NCBI GenBank assembly: GCA_036733505.1
Contig: DAINAJ010000001.1
Span: 9,615-73,614, forward strand
Direction: 5' to 3'
Source: Casimicrobium sp.
GTDB taxonomy: Bacteria > Pseudomonadota > Gammaproteobacteria > Burkholderiales > Casimicrobiaceae
Length of the DNA: 64,000 nt
The stretch's first letter is position 1, and each line of letters opens with the position of its first letter. The position numbers and the translations under genes are program-made. A model generated the notes under the pieces. That model did no database searches. It was not told the DNA's origin and saw only the letters and a list, made by a program, of their open reading frames with translations. Shown here piece after piece: positions 1 to 7,768 of this stretch.

Positions 1-1159
1 CACCGTCACGGCTCGATACATTTCGGACACCGCCAAACTGCCGGATCATCCACGCCACCATTAAGCAAGCGAAAACGCAGCCAAACAGGCCCGCCATCGC
101 AAACACCATGTCAGCGATGGGTTGCTCGATTCGCCCGACGATAGAAAGCGCCAGCGCCGCCAACGCAAGCCAATAGGCGAACCCCGGCGGCACCCGCGCC
201 TTGACACGCGCAACCGGCCGCGACGATTTCTCCGCGAGCGCGCGCTGCCGTCGCTGCCGTGCAGACATGCTCGCGCGATCCTTTTGCTTGATCGGGGGCA
301 ACATCACCGTGCGCGATTGGCTCGCTTTTGGCGTGCGCCCCGCGAATGCAAGCAATAGCCACAAAGGAATCGCCAACCAGAAGAAAGCCGCCAGCGATGA
401 CAGGCCATCGTCACCACGCAAAAGCCAATAGATCGCGGCGACCATGACGCACGCCAATGCACTTACGAATGCGGCGAGCGGACGCGAGCGCGGGCGTCCA
501 AGCGCGATGATCACGAGAATGAGCGGCGCAAGTTGCGCAAACACGACGCTGACCAACTTGATCTCGGCGTTTTTGTCTGGCTGGGCATCAACAGCCGTAA
601 CGGAATTTTGACGCGTTGCGTCTTTCGCCAGTAAATCGCGCACACCCGCCACGCCTGCCATCGCAGCCGCGTACGCGCCATGCGACTCCAGTGCGGGGCG
701 CACTTCGTTAGCGAGCAGTCGTTTAGCCGACACATCGGGCACGCTTCCTTCAAGCCCATACCCCGTGTGCAATCGCAATCGCTTCGTTTTGTTATTCAGA
801 GCCATCAACAATAACGCGCCGTCATCCACGCCTTTGCGCCCCGGTTTCCAGGTCGTGAACACGCGCTGTGCGTAGCTCTCAATCGGTTCGGGGTCGGTGT
901 GGTCAACGATCAACACAAAAACTTGCGCCCCGGAGCTGGCGTTTAATTGCTTTAGCTCTGAAGTTAACGAATCGCGCTCCGCGGCGCTGAGCCGCCCTGT
1001 CGTGTCGACAACGTACCCCTGCTGCGCGGGGACGACAGCTAAATCGCTTGGCTCCGTGTGGATTGCAGTTTGTGCGAGTGCACTTTGGGTCAGCAGCACA
1101 AGCGCCGCGCACATCGCCTGTAAGACGCGAAGAATCGAGATTTGTTGCGATGACTTCAT
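1..1159 (-). CDS. TPM domain (YgcG-like) membrane protein, 3' end outside the window
   Basis: Not in the ORF track because it runs off the edge. Manual translation from ATG 1159 gives MKSSQQISIL..., a signal peptide, then the TPM motifs VVDTTGRLS, IESYAQRVFTTWKPGRKGVDDGALLL and LHTGYGLEGSVPD, then several TM segments. Confidence 0.85.
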   Translation of the reverse strand, partial: MKSSQQISILRVLQAMCAALVLLTQSALAQTAIHTEPSDLAVVPAQQGYVVDTTGRLSAAERDSLTSELKQLNASSGAQVFVLIVDHTDPEPIESYAQRVFTTWKPGRKGVDDGALLLMALNNKTKRLRLHTGYGLEGSVPDVSAKRLLANEVRPALESHGAYAAAMAGVAGVRDLLAKDATRQNSVTAVDAQPDKNAEIKLVSVVFAQLAPLILVIIALGRPRSRPLAAFVSALACVMVAAIYWLLRGDDGLSSLAAFFWLAIPLWLLLAFAGRTPKASQSRTVMLPPIKQKDRASMSARQRRQRALAEKSSRPVARVKARVPPGFAYWLALAALALSIVGRIEQPIADMVFAMAGLFGCVFACLMVAWMIRQFGGVRNVSSRDG

Positions 1160-1341
1160 GCGCTGCGCCCCCATCAGCGACGAGGTCTATCGCCCCGTCA
1201 TCCGTAAAGACGCGAAATCACCAAACAATGTGCCGTAGCGCTTTCACGCGCAGCTGCGGACGCGACGCTAGCCGCGCTTGGCCACGGTGTGGCAGCGGCT
1301 TGGCGACGGCGTAGCGCGACGAATGCCGCGCCTGCAACGCC

Positions 1342-2316
1342 TCAATACAAGCCTCGTGCCCGCGCCATCAGACGCGTAAGGCCGAGCAGCGCGTCGGTGT
1401 AGGGCGTGGGCACATTCACCTTCTGCCCAATCTCGCACACCGCCGCAACGAGTGCGTCAAGCTCGATGGCTTTGCCCGCCTCCACATCCTGAAGCATCGA
1501 AGTTTTCATTGCGCCGAGTTTTCGCGTCACGGCGTGGCGTTCGTCCGGCGTTTGCGCAATCGGGATTCCAATCTTGTTGCCAATGGTTTGTGCCTCGCGC
1601 ATCACCGCTGAGCAAAATTCGCGCGTTTGCGCGTCATCAAGAATTTTGTCGGTTGTTGCGCCTGTGATCGCCGAGACGGGGTTCATTGTCATGTTGCCCC
1701 AAAGCTTGAACCACACGTCGCGCTGAATATCGTCGCTCGATTCCGGCTCAAATCCGGCGGCAGCGAGCGCATCGTGCAATGCCTTCAAGCGTGGCGTTAG
1801 CCCGCCGCTCGGTTCGCCGATAATCAGGCGTGCGCCCATTTTGTGGCGAATCACACCCGGCGCGTCGACGCTGCATGCTGCGTGGACAACACAGCCAATG
1901 ACCTTGCGCGATGGGATGCTCTTAGCGATTTCGCCAGTTGCGTCAATCGTCGCCAGTTGCGCTCCGGCAAGCGGCCGATCCGCGCGATCAAAAAACCACC
2001 ATGGCACGCCGTTCATCGCCGTGAGCACGATCGTGTTCGGCCCTATCGACGATGCCACGGAAACCACCGCATCGCGCAGCCCCGGCGCTTTCACCGCAAT
2101 AACTAACAGGTCGGGCGTTTCGATTTCAGTGGCGCTTGCCGCAGCATGAACTCGTGCCACTTGCGTTTCGCCGCCTTCGATTAAATGTAAGCCGTTTTCT
2201 TTGATTGCGGCCAATGCAGCACCGCGTGCCAACACAGTCACCGTGTGACCGGCGCGCGCGAATTTCGCGCCGATCCAACCACCAATGGCTCCTGCGCCAA
2301 CGATGCATACCTTCAT
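1342..2316 (-). CDS. panE: 2-dehydropantoate 2-reductase (ketopantoate reductase, ApbA/PanE family)
   Basis: Rossmann motif VGAGAIGG, KLWGN, SMLQD...IELDALV. Confidence 0.85.
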   Translation of the reverse strand: MKVCIVGAGAIGGWIGAKFARAGHTVTVLARGAALAAIKENGLHLIEGGETQVARVHAAASATEIETPDLLVIAVKAPGLRDAVVSVASSIGPNTIVLTAMNGVPWWFFDRADRPLAGAQLATIDATGEIAKSIPSRKVIGCVVHAACSVDAPGVIRHKMGARLIIGEPSGGLTPRLKALHDALAAAGFEPESSDDIQRDVWFKLWGNMTMNPVSAITGATTDKILDDAQTREFCSAVMREAQTIGNKIGIPIAQTPDERHAVTRKLGAMKTSMLQDVEAGKAIELDALVAAVCEIGQKVNVPTPYTDALLGLTRLMARARGLY

Positions 2317-3722
2317 TCGTAATCTCCCAACGATTTGCCCGGATTCATGATGCCTTGTGGATCGAGTGCGTTTTTGATCGCACGCATCATGCCCAGCTCC
2401 ACGGCGGACTTGTAGCGTGCCGCCTCGCCTCGGCGCAACACACCGAGCCCATGCTCCGCGGACACCGAACCGTTGAATCGATGCACCGCGTCATGCGTCA
2501 CGCGATTGACCGCCGCCTCAATCGTGCCGAAATCTTCACCGCGCAGTCCTTTCGGTGGGGACACGTTGTAATGCAAATTGCCATCGCCTAAATGGCCAAA
2601 CACGATCATGCGAATACCTGAAAACTTCGCCTCGATTTCCGCGTTCGTGCTTGCCACGAAATCTGCGATCCGTGACACGGGCACGGCGATGTCGTGCTTA
2701 ATATTTTTGCCGGCACGCTGCTGCGCTTCCGTCATGTGATCACGCAACGCCCAGAATTCGTTGGACTGCGTCAAGTTCGCAGCAATCGCCGCGTCAGTCA
2801 CGATATCCGCCTCAAACACCTGCTCCAGCAGTGCCTCCAAATCAGCGCGACCATTCGCCTCGCTTTTGTAGTCGGAAAGCTCGATCAGCACGGCCACGGT
2901 CTCGCGCGTTTGCAACGGCCAGCGCAAATTTGGCAATTGCTCGCCAAGCATTTCGATGCACGGTTGCGTCAACATCTCGAATGCTGTGAGCCGCGCACCA
3001 AGCGTTTGCTGCGCAATTTCCAATACCCGTAACGCATCATGCACCGTGCGTACCGCTGCCCAAGCCGTGACCTTCGCCACGGGCAACGGAAAAACCTTCA
3101 CCGTCGCCGCCGTAATCACGCCCAACGTGCCTTCTGCGCCGATGAACAAATCGCGCAGGTCGTAGCCGGTGTTGTCCTTGCGCAGTCCACGCAGCCCATT
3201 CCAAATCTCGCCCTTCGCAGTGACCACTTCAAGCCCTAAGCACAGCTCCCTTGCGTTGCCGTAGCGCAGCACCGCCACGCCACCGGCATTGGTCGAAAGA
3301 TTGCCGCCTATAGTGCACGAGCCCTCCGCGCCGAGCGACAACGGAAACAGGCGCGAATGTTCGCGCGCAACTTCTTGCAACGTCTGCAAAATGCAGCCCG
3401 CTTCGACGGTCATCGTGTTGTTTTGCGGGTCTACTTCGCGCACGCGATTCATGCGCGTCAGCGAGAGCACCACTACACCGCCGTTCGCGCTGGGCGTAGC
3501 CGCGCCAGACATGCCGGTGTTGCCGCCCTGAGGGACGATAGGCACGTTATTCGATGCGCACCAACGGACCACCTTGGCCACGTCCTCCGTCGAATCCGGC
3601 AGCGCGACGGCGAGCGCCGTGCCGACCCAGCGCTTGCGCCAGTCGGTGGTAAACGGCTCCATGTCTGCCGCATCGGTGATCAAGCGGCCAGAAAAGGAAT
3701 TGGCCAAGGTTTCAATATTCAT
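2313..3722 (-). CDS. FAD-linked oxidase (D-2-hydroxyacid dehydrogenase, GlcD/D2HGDH-like)
   Basis: PQGGNTG, GGNLSTNAGG, FGHLGDGNLHYN, SAEHGLG, NPGK; stop overlaps the panE start (ATGA). Confidence 0.9.
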   Translation of the reverse strand: MNIETLANSFSGRLITDAADMEPFTTDWRKRWVGTALAVALPDSTEDVAKVVRWCASNNVPIVPQGGNTGMSGAATPSANGGVVVLSLTRMNRVREVDPQNNTMTVEAGCILQTLQEVAREHSRLFPLSLGAEGSCTIGGNLSTNAGGVAVLRYGNARELCLGLEVVTAKGEIWNGLRGLRKDNTGYDLRDLFIGAEGTLGVITAATVKVFPLPVAKVTAWAAVRTVHDALRVLEIAQQTLGARLTAFEMLTQPCIEMLGEQLPNLRWPLQTRETVAVLIELSDYKSEANGRADLEALLEQVFEADIVTDAAIAANLTQSNEFWALRDHMTEAQQRAGKNIKHDIAVPVSRIADFVASTNAEIEAKFSGIRMIVFGHLGDGNLHYNVSPPKGLRGEDFGTIEAAVNRVTHDAVHRFNGSVSAEHGLGVLRRGEAARYKSAVELGMMRAIKNALDPQGIMNPGKSLGDYE

Positions 3723-3905
3723 CGCTAAATCCGAAAGTGCTTGGGCACTACTTTATCAGCGTGCCCGTGTCGCGGTGCGCTGTTGTTCTGGTGTAGCAAA
3801 CGCTACGCGTTATGGGAACAGCTCACAGACGCACCAACTGTGCGGTCGATGCTCGCATGAAAGTCGCGCCGTTTCGTGACCGGGGACGATGATTGACTGT
3901 TTCTA

Positions 3906-5423
3906 TTATCCGGCCAACGTTTCAGCAGGACTCTTGCCATACTGGGCTTTGTAGGCGCGACTAAAACGGCTCACGTTTTCAAAGCCCCAGTAGTCTGCAA
4001 CCTGTGCCACGGTGATTTTTTCTCTTCGCGGTTGCATCATGTACTTGTGCGCCGCAGAGAGTCGGGCTGCAAGAATGAATGTGAGCGGAGATTGCGTTCT
4101 GTGGCGCATGAAAGCTAACTGCAAATTGCGTACGCTCACACCCGCGTGGCGCGCCACGTCGGCCACCGCAATGCGTTCACGCAAGTGCGCATTGATGTAG
4201 CTCTCGGCACGAAACACGTGCGACGGGTCGTAGTTTGATACGCCGATCATCGGTCGAATGGGCACCCTCAAACCCGCTTCTTCCAGGAATGCTTCGTTTA
4301 CAACATGCCCTGAAGTCTCAGTGCCTGGCGGTGACGGGGCCGATGCAACCGATGCGGCGCGTCGATCGTCGCGGCGAATGTATTCACGCAAGTGAAACAA
4401 CGCCTTGTTTGGTTGGCCTAATTGTTCGTAAACCAGTGACAGGTCATAGTGCAGCGACAGGACGATGTCGCGCGTGTTCGCATCTTTCGCGATGGCTAGC
4501 GCTTCCTGCAACGCGTTTTCTGCCTCCAAATGCCGGCCAAGAATTCGAAGTGACCACCCGACCATTTGTAACGAACTGGTCAGCATGTACTTGTGTCCGG
4601 TGCGCCGGCAATACTTTGCCATCGCCTCGTGTTTTGCTAGCGCAGTATCCGCGCGCCCCGCGAGATTTTCAAAAGTGGCGCTGTTCGACTGCATCGTGAT
4701 GTAGTCGAGTTCACTGCCCGCGTCCAACGCGTACTGCGCGGCCTCCGCGCAGCTTGCAATGCCAGACTTAGCGTAGCGCTGCACGAGCGGATCATCGCAC
4801 GGGTCTAACACCGTGATCGACTCGCCCTCGGAGTAATTTGGGTGATGCGATACTGCAAGCGCTTGATACACCGCACCAGCCGCACTGAGCGCATTGCCCA
4901 GAATGCGGGATTGCTGCGTTAGTCTCGCCGCGCGCACGGCTTCCACAACGTGACCTCGCGCCACGTTGAGTTGTCGTGCGGCGAGTGTCCCGTAGGTTAG
5001 ACCGATCATCGTTCGGGCGAGTCCACGCCGCGAAATCGCTTCATCGCTCACCTGCGCACGCTGCCACAGCGCAATCGCGCGCTCAAAAAAGCGAATGGAT
5101 ACGGGAAGATCGCGCTGCCGCAGCGCAACTTTTCCCTGCATCTCTAGGCTTTCAGCCTGGCAGAGTATGTCGTCGCAATTGACAGCTAGCCGCTCGGCCT
5201 CCACCGCACGCAGCTTTGAAGCTTCCATCTCGCCAGTGAGTTCCAATGCGCGCGCGACCAAAACGCCCGCACGACAGGCAGTGGCAGCTGACTTGGCGAA
5301 ACGGGCCTGATGTTTGTCGAGCAAGCGCAGAGCCTCGTCCGGTCGGTCCTCGGCCATGGCGCGCGCCGCATCGGCAAGGATGGACTCAATTTGGTTCTGC
5401 TCGAAACTACGAGAATCTGACAT
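3906..5423 (-). CDS. Transcriptional regulator: N-terminal TPR-like helical repeats + C-terminal AraC HTH
   Basis: C-terminus AESYINAHLRERIAVADVARHAGVSVRNLQLAF...WGFENVSRFSRAYKAQYGKSPAETL is an AraC double HTH; upstream are TPR-like repeats (LGRHLEAENALQEAL, LGQPNKALFHL). Start ATG 5423 or TTG 5435. Confidence 0.85.
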   Translation of the reverse strand: MSDSRSFEQNQIESILADAARAMAEDRPDEALRLLDKHQARFAKSAATACRAGVLVARALELTGEMEASKLRAVEAERLAVNCDDILCQAESLEMQGKVALRQRDLPVSIRFFERAIALWQRAQVSDEAISRRGLARTMIGLTYGTLAARQLNVARGHVVEAVRAARLTQQSRILGNALSAAGAVYQALAVSHHPNYSEGESITVLDPCDDPLVQRYAKSGIASCAEAAQYALDAGSELDYITMQSNSATFENLAGRADTALAKHEAMAKYCRRTGHKYMLTSSLQMVGWSLRILGRHLEAENALQEALAIAKDANTRDIVLSLHYDLSLVYEQLGQPNKALFHLREYIRRDDRRAASVASAPSPPGTETSGHVVNEAFLEEAGLRVPIRPMIGVSNYDPSHVFRAESYINAHLRERIAVADVARHAGVSVRNLQLAFMRHRTQSPLTFILAARLSAAHKYMMQPRREKITVAQVADYWGFENVSRFSRAYKAQYGKSPAETLAG

Positions 5424-5480
5424 GGACGAAATCAATGCCGTGAAATGAAAATCACTGCGAAGTCGTCACCTTAGCAGGGT

Positions 5481-5538
5481 GAGACAAAAAACGATGCTGG
5501 CTTGCGCATTTCGTCCAAACCTTCGCTTTTTGACCGTT
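5481..5538. promoter_or_regulatory. 58-bp operator-like motif, copy 1
   Basis: GAGACAAAAAACGA-N7-TTGCGCATTTCGTCCAAACCTTCGCTTTTTGACCGTT; ungapped match to 7639-7696. Confidence 0.6.
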
Positions 5539-5794
5539 TTCAACGAACGCACAGCTAGAACGTCTCGTGCCAATAAGAGGCAAGGCCGTTGTTTGCAAAC
5601 CGATGGAGCACGTGGCTCCCGACGGCGGAAGCGCCCACGAAAGCTCCGAGGGGTGAACACTGACAATACTCATGCGACCTTCTTGTTGGAAATGACATAT
5701 TCGAACATCCTCTTTAACAACCGGAAGCGGCGCCCCCATGCAGCGATTGTCCAAGCAGCCATCGTAAAAAATAACGAGGCAACTATTTAAATAC

Positions 5795-5813
5795 TTACAA
5801 TCAATAGTTGTAA
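5795..5813. promoter_or_regulatory. LysR-type (T-N11-A) inverted-repeat binding box
   Basis: TTACAA-N7-TTGTAA immediately upstream of the LysR gene. Confidence 0.6.
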
Positions 5814-5821
5814 ATTAAGCT

Positions 5822-6775
5822 TTGGGGTTTAGTGTGGATGAACTCAAAGGTGTGCTGGCGTTCTTGTCTACCGCTAACGCTGGAAACTTTACGGCGGCCG
5901 CTAAGGCGATGGGGGTATCTCCGCAAGCCGTCGCCAGCGCCATCGCGCGACTAGAGTCACACTTAGGGGTTCGGCTATGCAATCGAACAACGCGCGCGCT
6001 TTCGCTGACTGAAGAGGGACAGGTTTTTCTGGAACGCGTCTCGCCAGCGCTCTCCCTGTTTAAGTCAGCTATCGACTCGACGCTTGATCTGGACGCGGCC
6101 CCCAGCGGGCTGCTTAAAGTCACATCGGGTGCGTCGATCGCGCGAAAGTATGTGATTCCACAACTCGGTGAATTCCGAAAACGCTTCCCCAACGTGAGTG
6201 TTGAACTCGCGCTCAACGATCATGCCGTCGATTTGGTTCGTGAAGGTTACGACGTGGCAATTCGTGGCGGAAATTCAACAGACTCCTCGCTGATAACTCG
6301 CCGGGTTTGTAGCTTGACGAGCGTTTGCGTTGCAAGTCCTCGATACCTAAGCGTCCGCGGCGTTCCGCGTAGCCCAGCCGAGCTAGACGGGCATGACATC
6401 GTATTGTTGAAATTCGCCGGGATGGCTGCTGCGCCTTGGCATTTCCGAGTGAAGGGCAAAATTTATCCGTTTGAGCCTAAGCGCGTCTCACTGAGCCTCT
6501 CCGATACCGATCTTGCCGGGGTGGCCACAGTAGAGGGTTTGGGCGTTGCGCGAATGCCGCTTCATTTTGCGTGGCCGTACTTGCAGTCCGGAAGGCTAAA
6601 GCTGGTACTGCCGAAGTTCTTGGATCCAGGCGAACGTCAGCTGGTGATTCACTACGCGCACCGCTCCTACGTGTCACCGCGCATTCGCGTTTTTGTAGAG
6701 TTCATGCTGCATGCGCTACGGAGCGACTCTTCGCTATCCGCCAGCGTAACAGGCGCCGAAAGGTACTTCGCGTAA
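5822..6775 (+). CDS. LysR family transcriptional regulator (CrgA-like)
   Basis: GNFTAAAKAMGVSPQAVASAIARLESHLGVRLCNRTTR HTH; VDLVREGYDVAIR. Start could be GTG 5834. Confidence 0.92.
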   Translation: MGFSVDELKGVLAFLSTANAGNFTAAAKAMGVSPQAVASAIARLESHLGVRLCNRTTRALSLTEEGQVFLERVSPALSLFKSAIDSTLDLDAAPSGLLKVTSGASIARKYVIPQLGEFRKRFPNVSVELALNDHAVDLVREGYDVAIRGGNSTDSSLITRRVCSLTSVCVASPRYLSVRGVPRSPAELDGHDIVLLKFAGMAAAPWHFRVKGKIYPFEPKRVSLSLSDTDLAGVATVEGLGVARMPLHFAWPYLQSGRLKLVLPKFLDPGERQLVIHYAHRSYVSPRIRVFVEFMLHALRSDSSLSASVTGAERYFA

Positions 6776-6801
6776 CACGTACGCAACCTGCGTTCAGACC
6801 T

Positions 6802-7401
6802 CTAATCTACGCCCTGTTCAATCCAATCCAAGGCATCTTCCAGTCTGTCGTCGCCCCAAAATACTTCAGTACCGCTTACGAAGGTCGGGCTGCCAAATAT
6901 TCCCAGGGCGCGCGCTTGGTCAGTCGCGTTTTTGTAACGCTGTAGTGTGTCAGCGTGCTTCGCCGTCGCGATCGTCGCAACAGGATCTTTACCCAAACGC
7001 TCTAGCATCGCCGACAGCTCGCCGGGTGCGCCGGGGTCGCGCTTGCCCACAAACCACGTTTCGTAGGTTGCGCGCGCAAAGTCCGCGCACCAGCCCTCCG
7101 TAGCGGCAACGGTCGCGACCAAGTTCGCGAGTTCCTCTTGGTCAATCGGATACATGGGTGCGCCGAAGAACGGTGCCCCGAACTTCACAGCTCGGCGCTC
7201 AATATCTCGCCACATGTATCGAGTCTTAATCGGCTTGTCCGCGAACGGTCGATTGTTCTGCTCGATCATGATGGTGCGAACGCTAAAGGGCTTCCAGTTG
7301 AGAGCTATGCCTCTCTGAGCGCAAAGCGACTCTGCTCTGAATACTGAAAGATAAGAGTAAGTGCTGCCAATGAAGAAGTAGAAATCGAGCGCTTTTGCCA
7401 T
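6802..7401 (-). CDS. DsbA-fold 2-hydroxychromene-2-carboxylate isomerase / kappa-GST family protein
   Basis: MAKALDFYFFIGSTYSYL...GIFGSPTF...FWGDDRLE; the real start is ATG 7401 inside the longer track ORF. Confidence 0.85.
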   Translation of the reverse strand: MAKALDFYFFIGSTYSYLSVFRAESLCAQRGIALNWKPFSVRTIMIEQNNRPFADKPIKTRYMWRDIERRAVKFGAPFFGAPMYPIDQEELANLVATVAATEGWCADFARATYETWFVGKRDPGAPGELSAMLERLGKDPVATIATAKHADTLQRYKNATDQARALGIFGSPTFVSGTEVFWGDDRLEDALDWIEQGVD

Positions 7402-7554
7402 GTGACTCTGGACCTCATTCCTTTGAAAATTTCCGCTTGCTAAGTTGTTTGGAGATGTCCATTCGGCAGTTACAAAACAACTCACACGCCGTCCCAATCG
7501 CAGGCGTGCACCTGCTCCGTCAGAACGACGTAACGTTAAAAATTCTATGCAACA

Positions 7555-7580
7555 AACGTAAGTCGCGCCCGACTTACGTT
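7555..7580. promoter_or_regulatory. Perfect 11-bp inverted repeat, putative operator
   Basis: AACGTAAGTCG-CGCC-CGACTTACGTT in a divergent intergenic region, no U-tract. Confidence 0.5.
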
Positions 7581-7638
7581 CACGCCAAGCGTTCAGCCCA
7601 TGCACTAGAGCAGAGCGATAGGGGGACAGTAGCAGCAC

Positions 7639-7696
7639 GAAACAAAAAGCGAAAGCAAATTGCGCGTTTCGTCCAAACGTTCGCGTTTTGACTGTT
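7639..7696. promoter_or_regulatory. 58-bp operator-like motif, copy 2, upstream of the surface-protein genes
   Basis: GAAACAAAAAGCGA-N7-TTGCGCGTTTCGTCCAAACGTTCGCGTTTTGACTGTT; ungapped match to 5481-5538. Confidence 0.6.
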
Positions 7697-7768
7697 GTGA
7701 GCGAGTTTCCGTCCCTACGATTCATTGCATTCCCCAATGCACTTTTGCCAAGAAAAGGAAATGATCGT

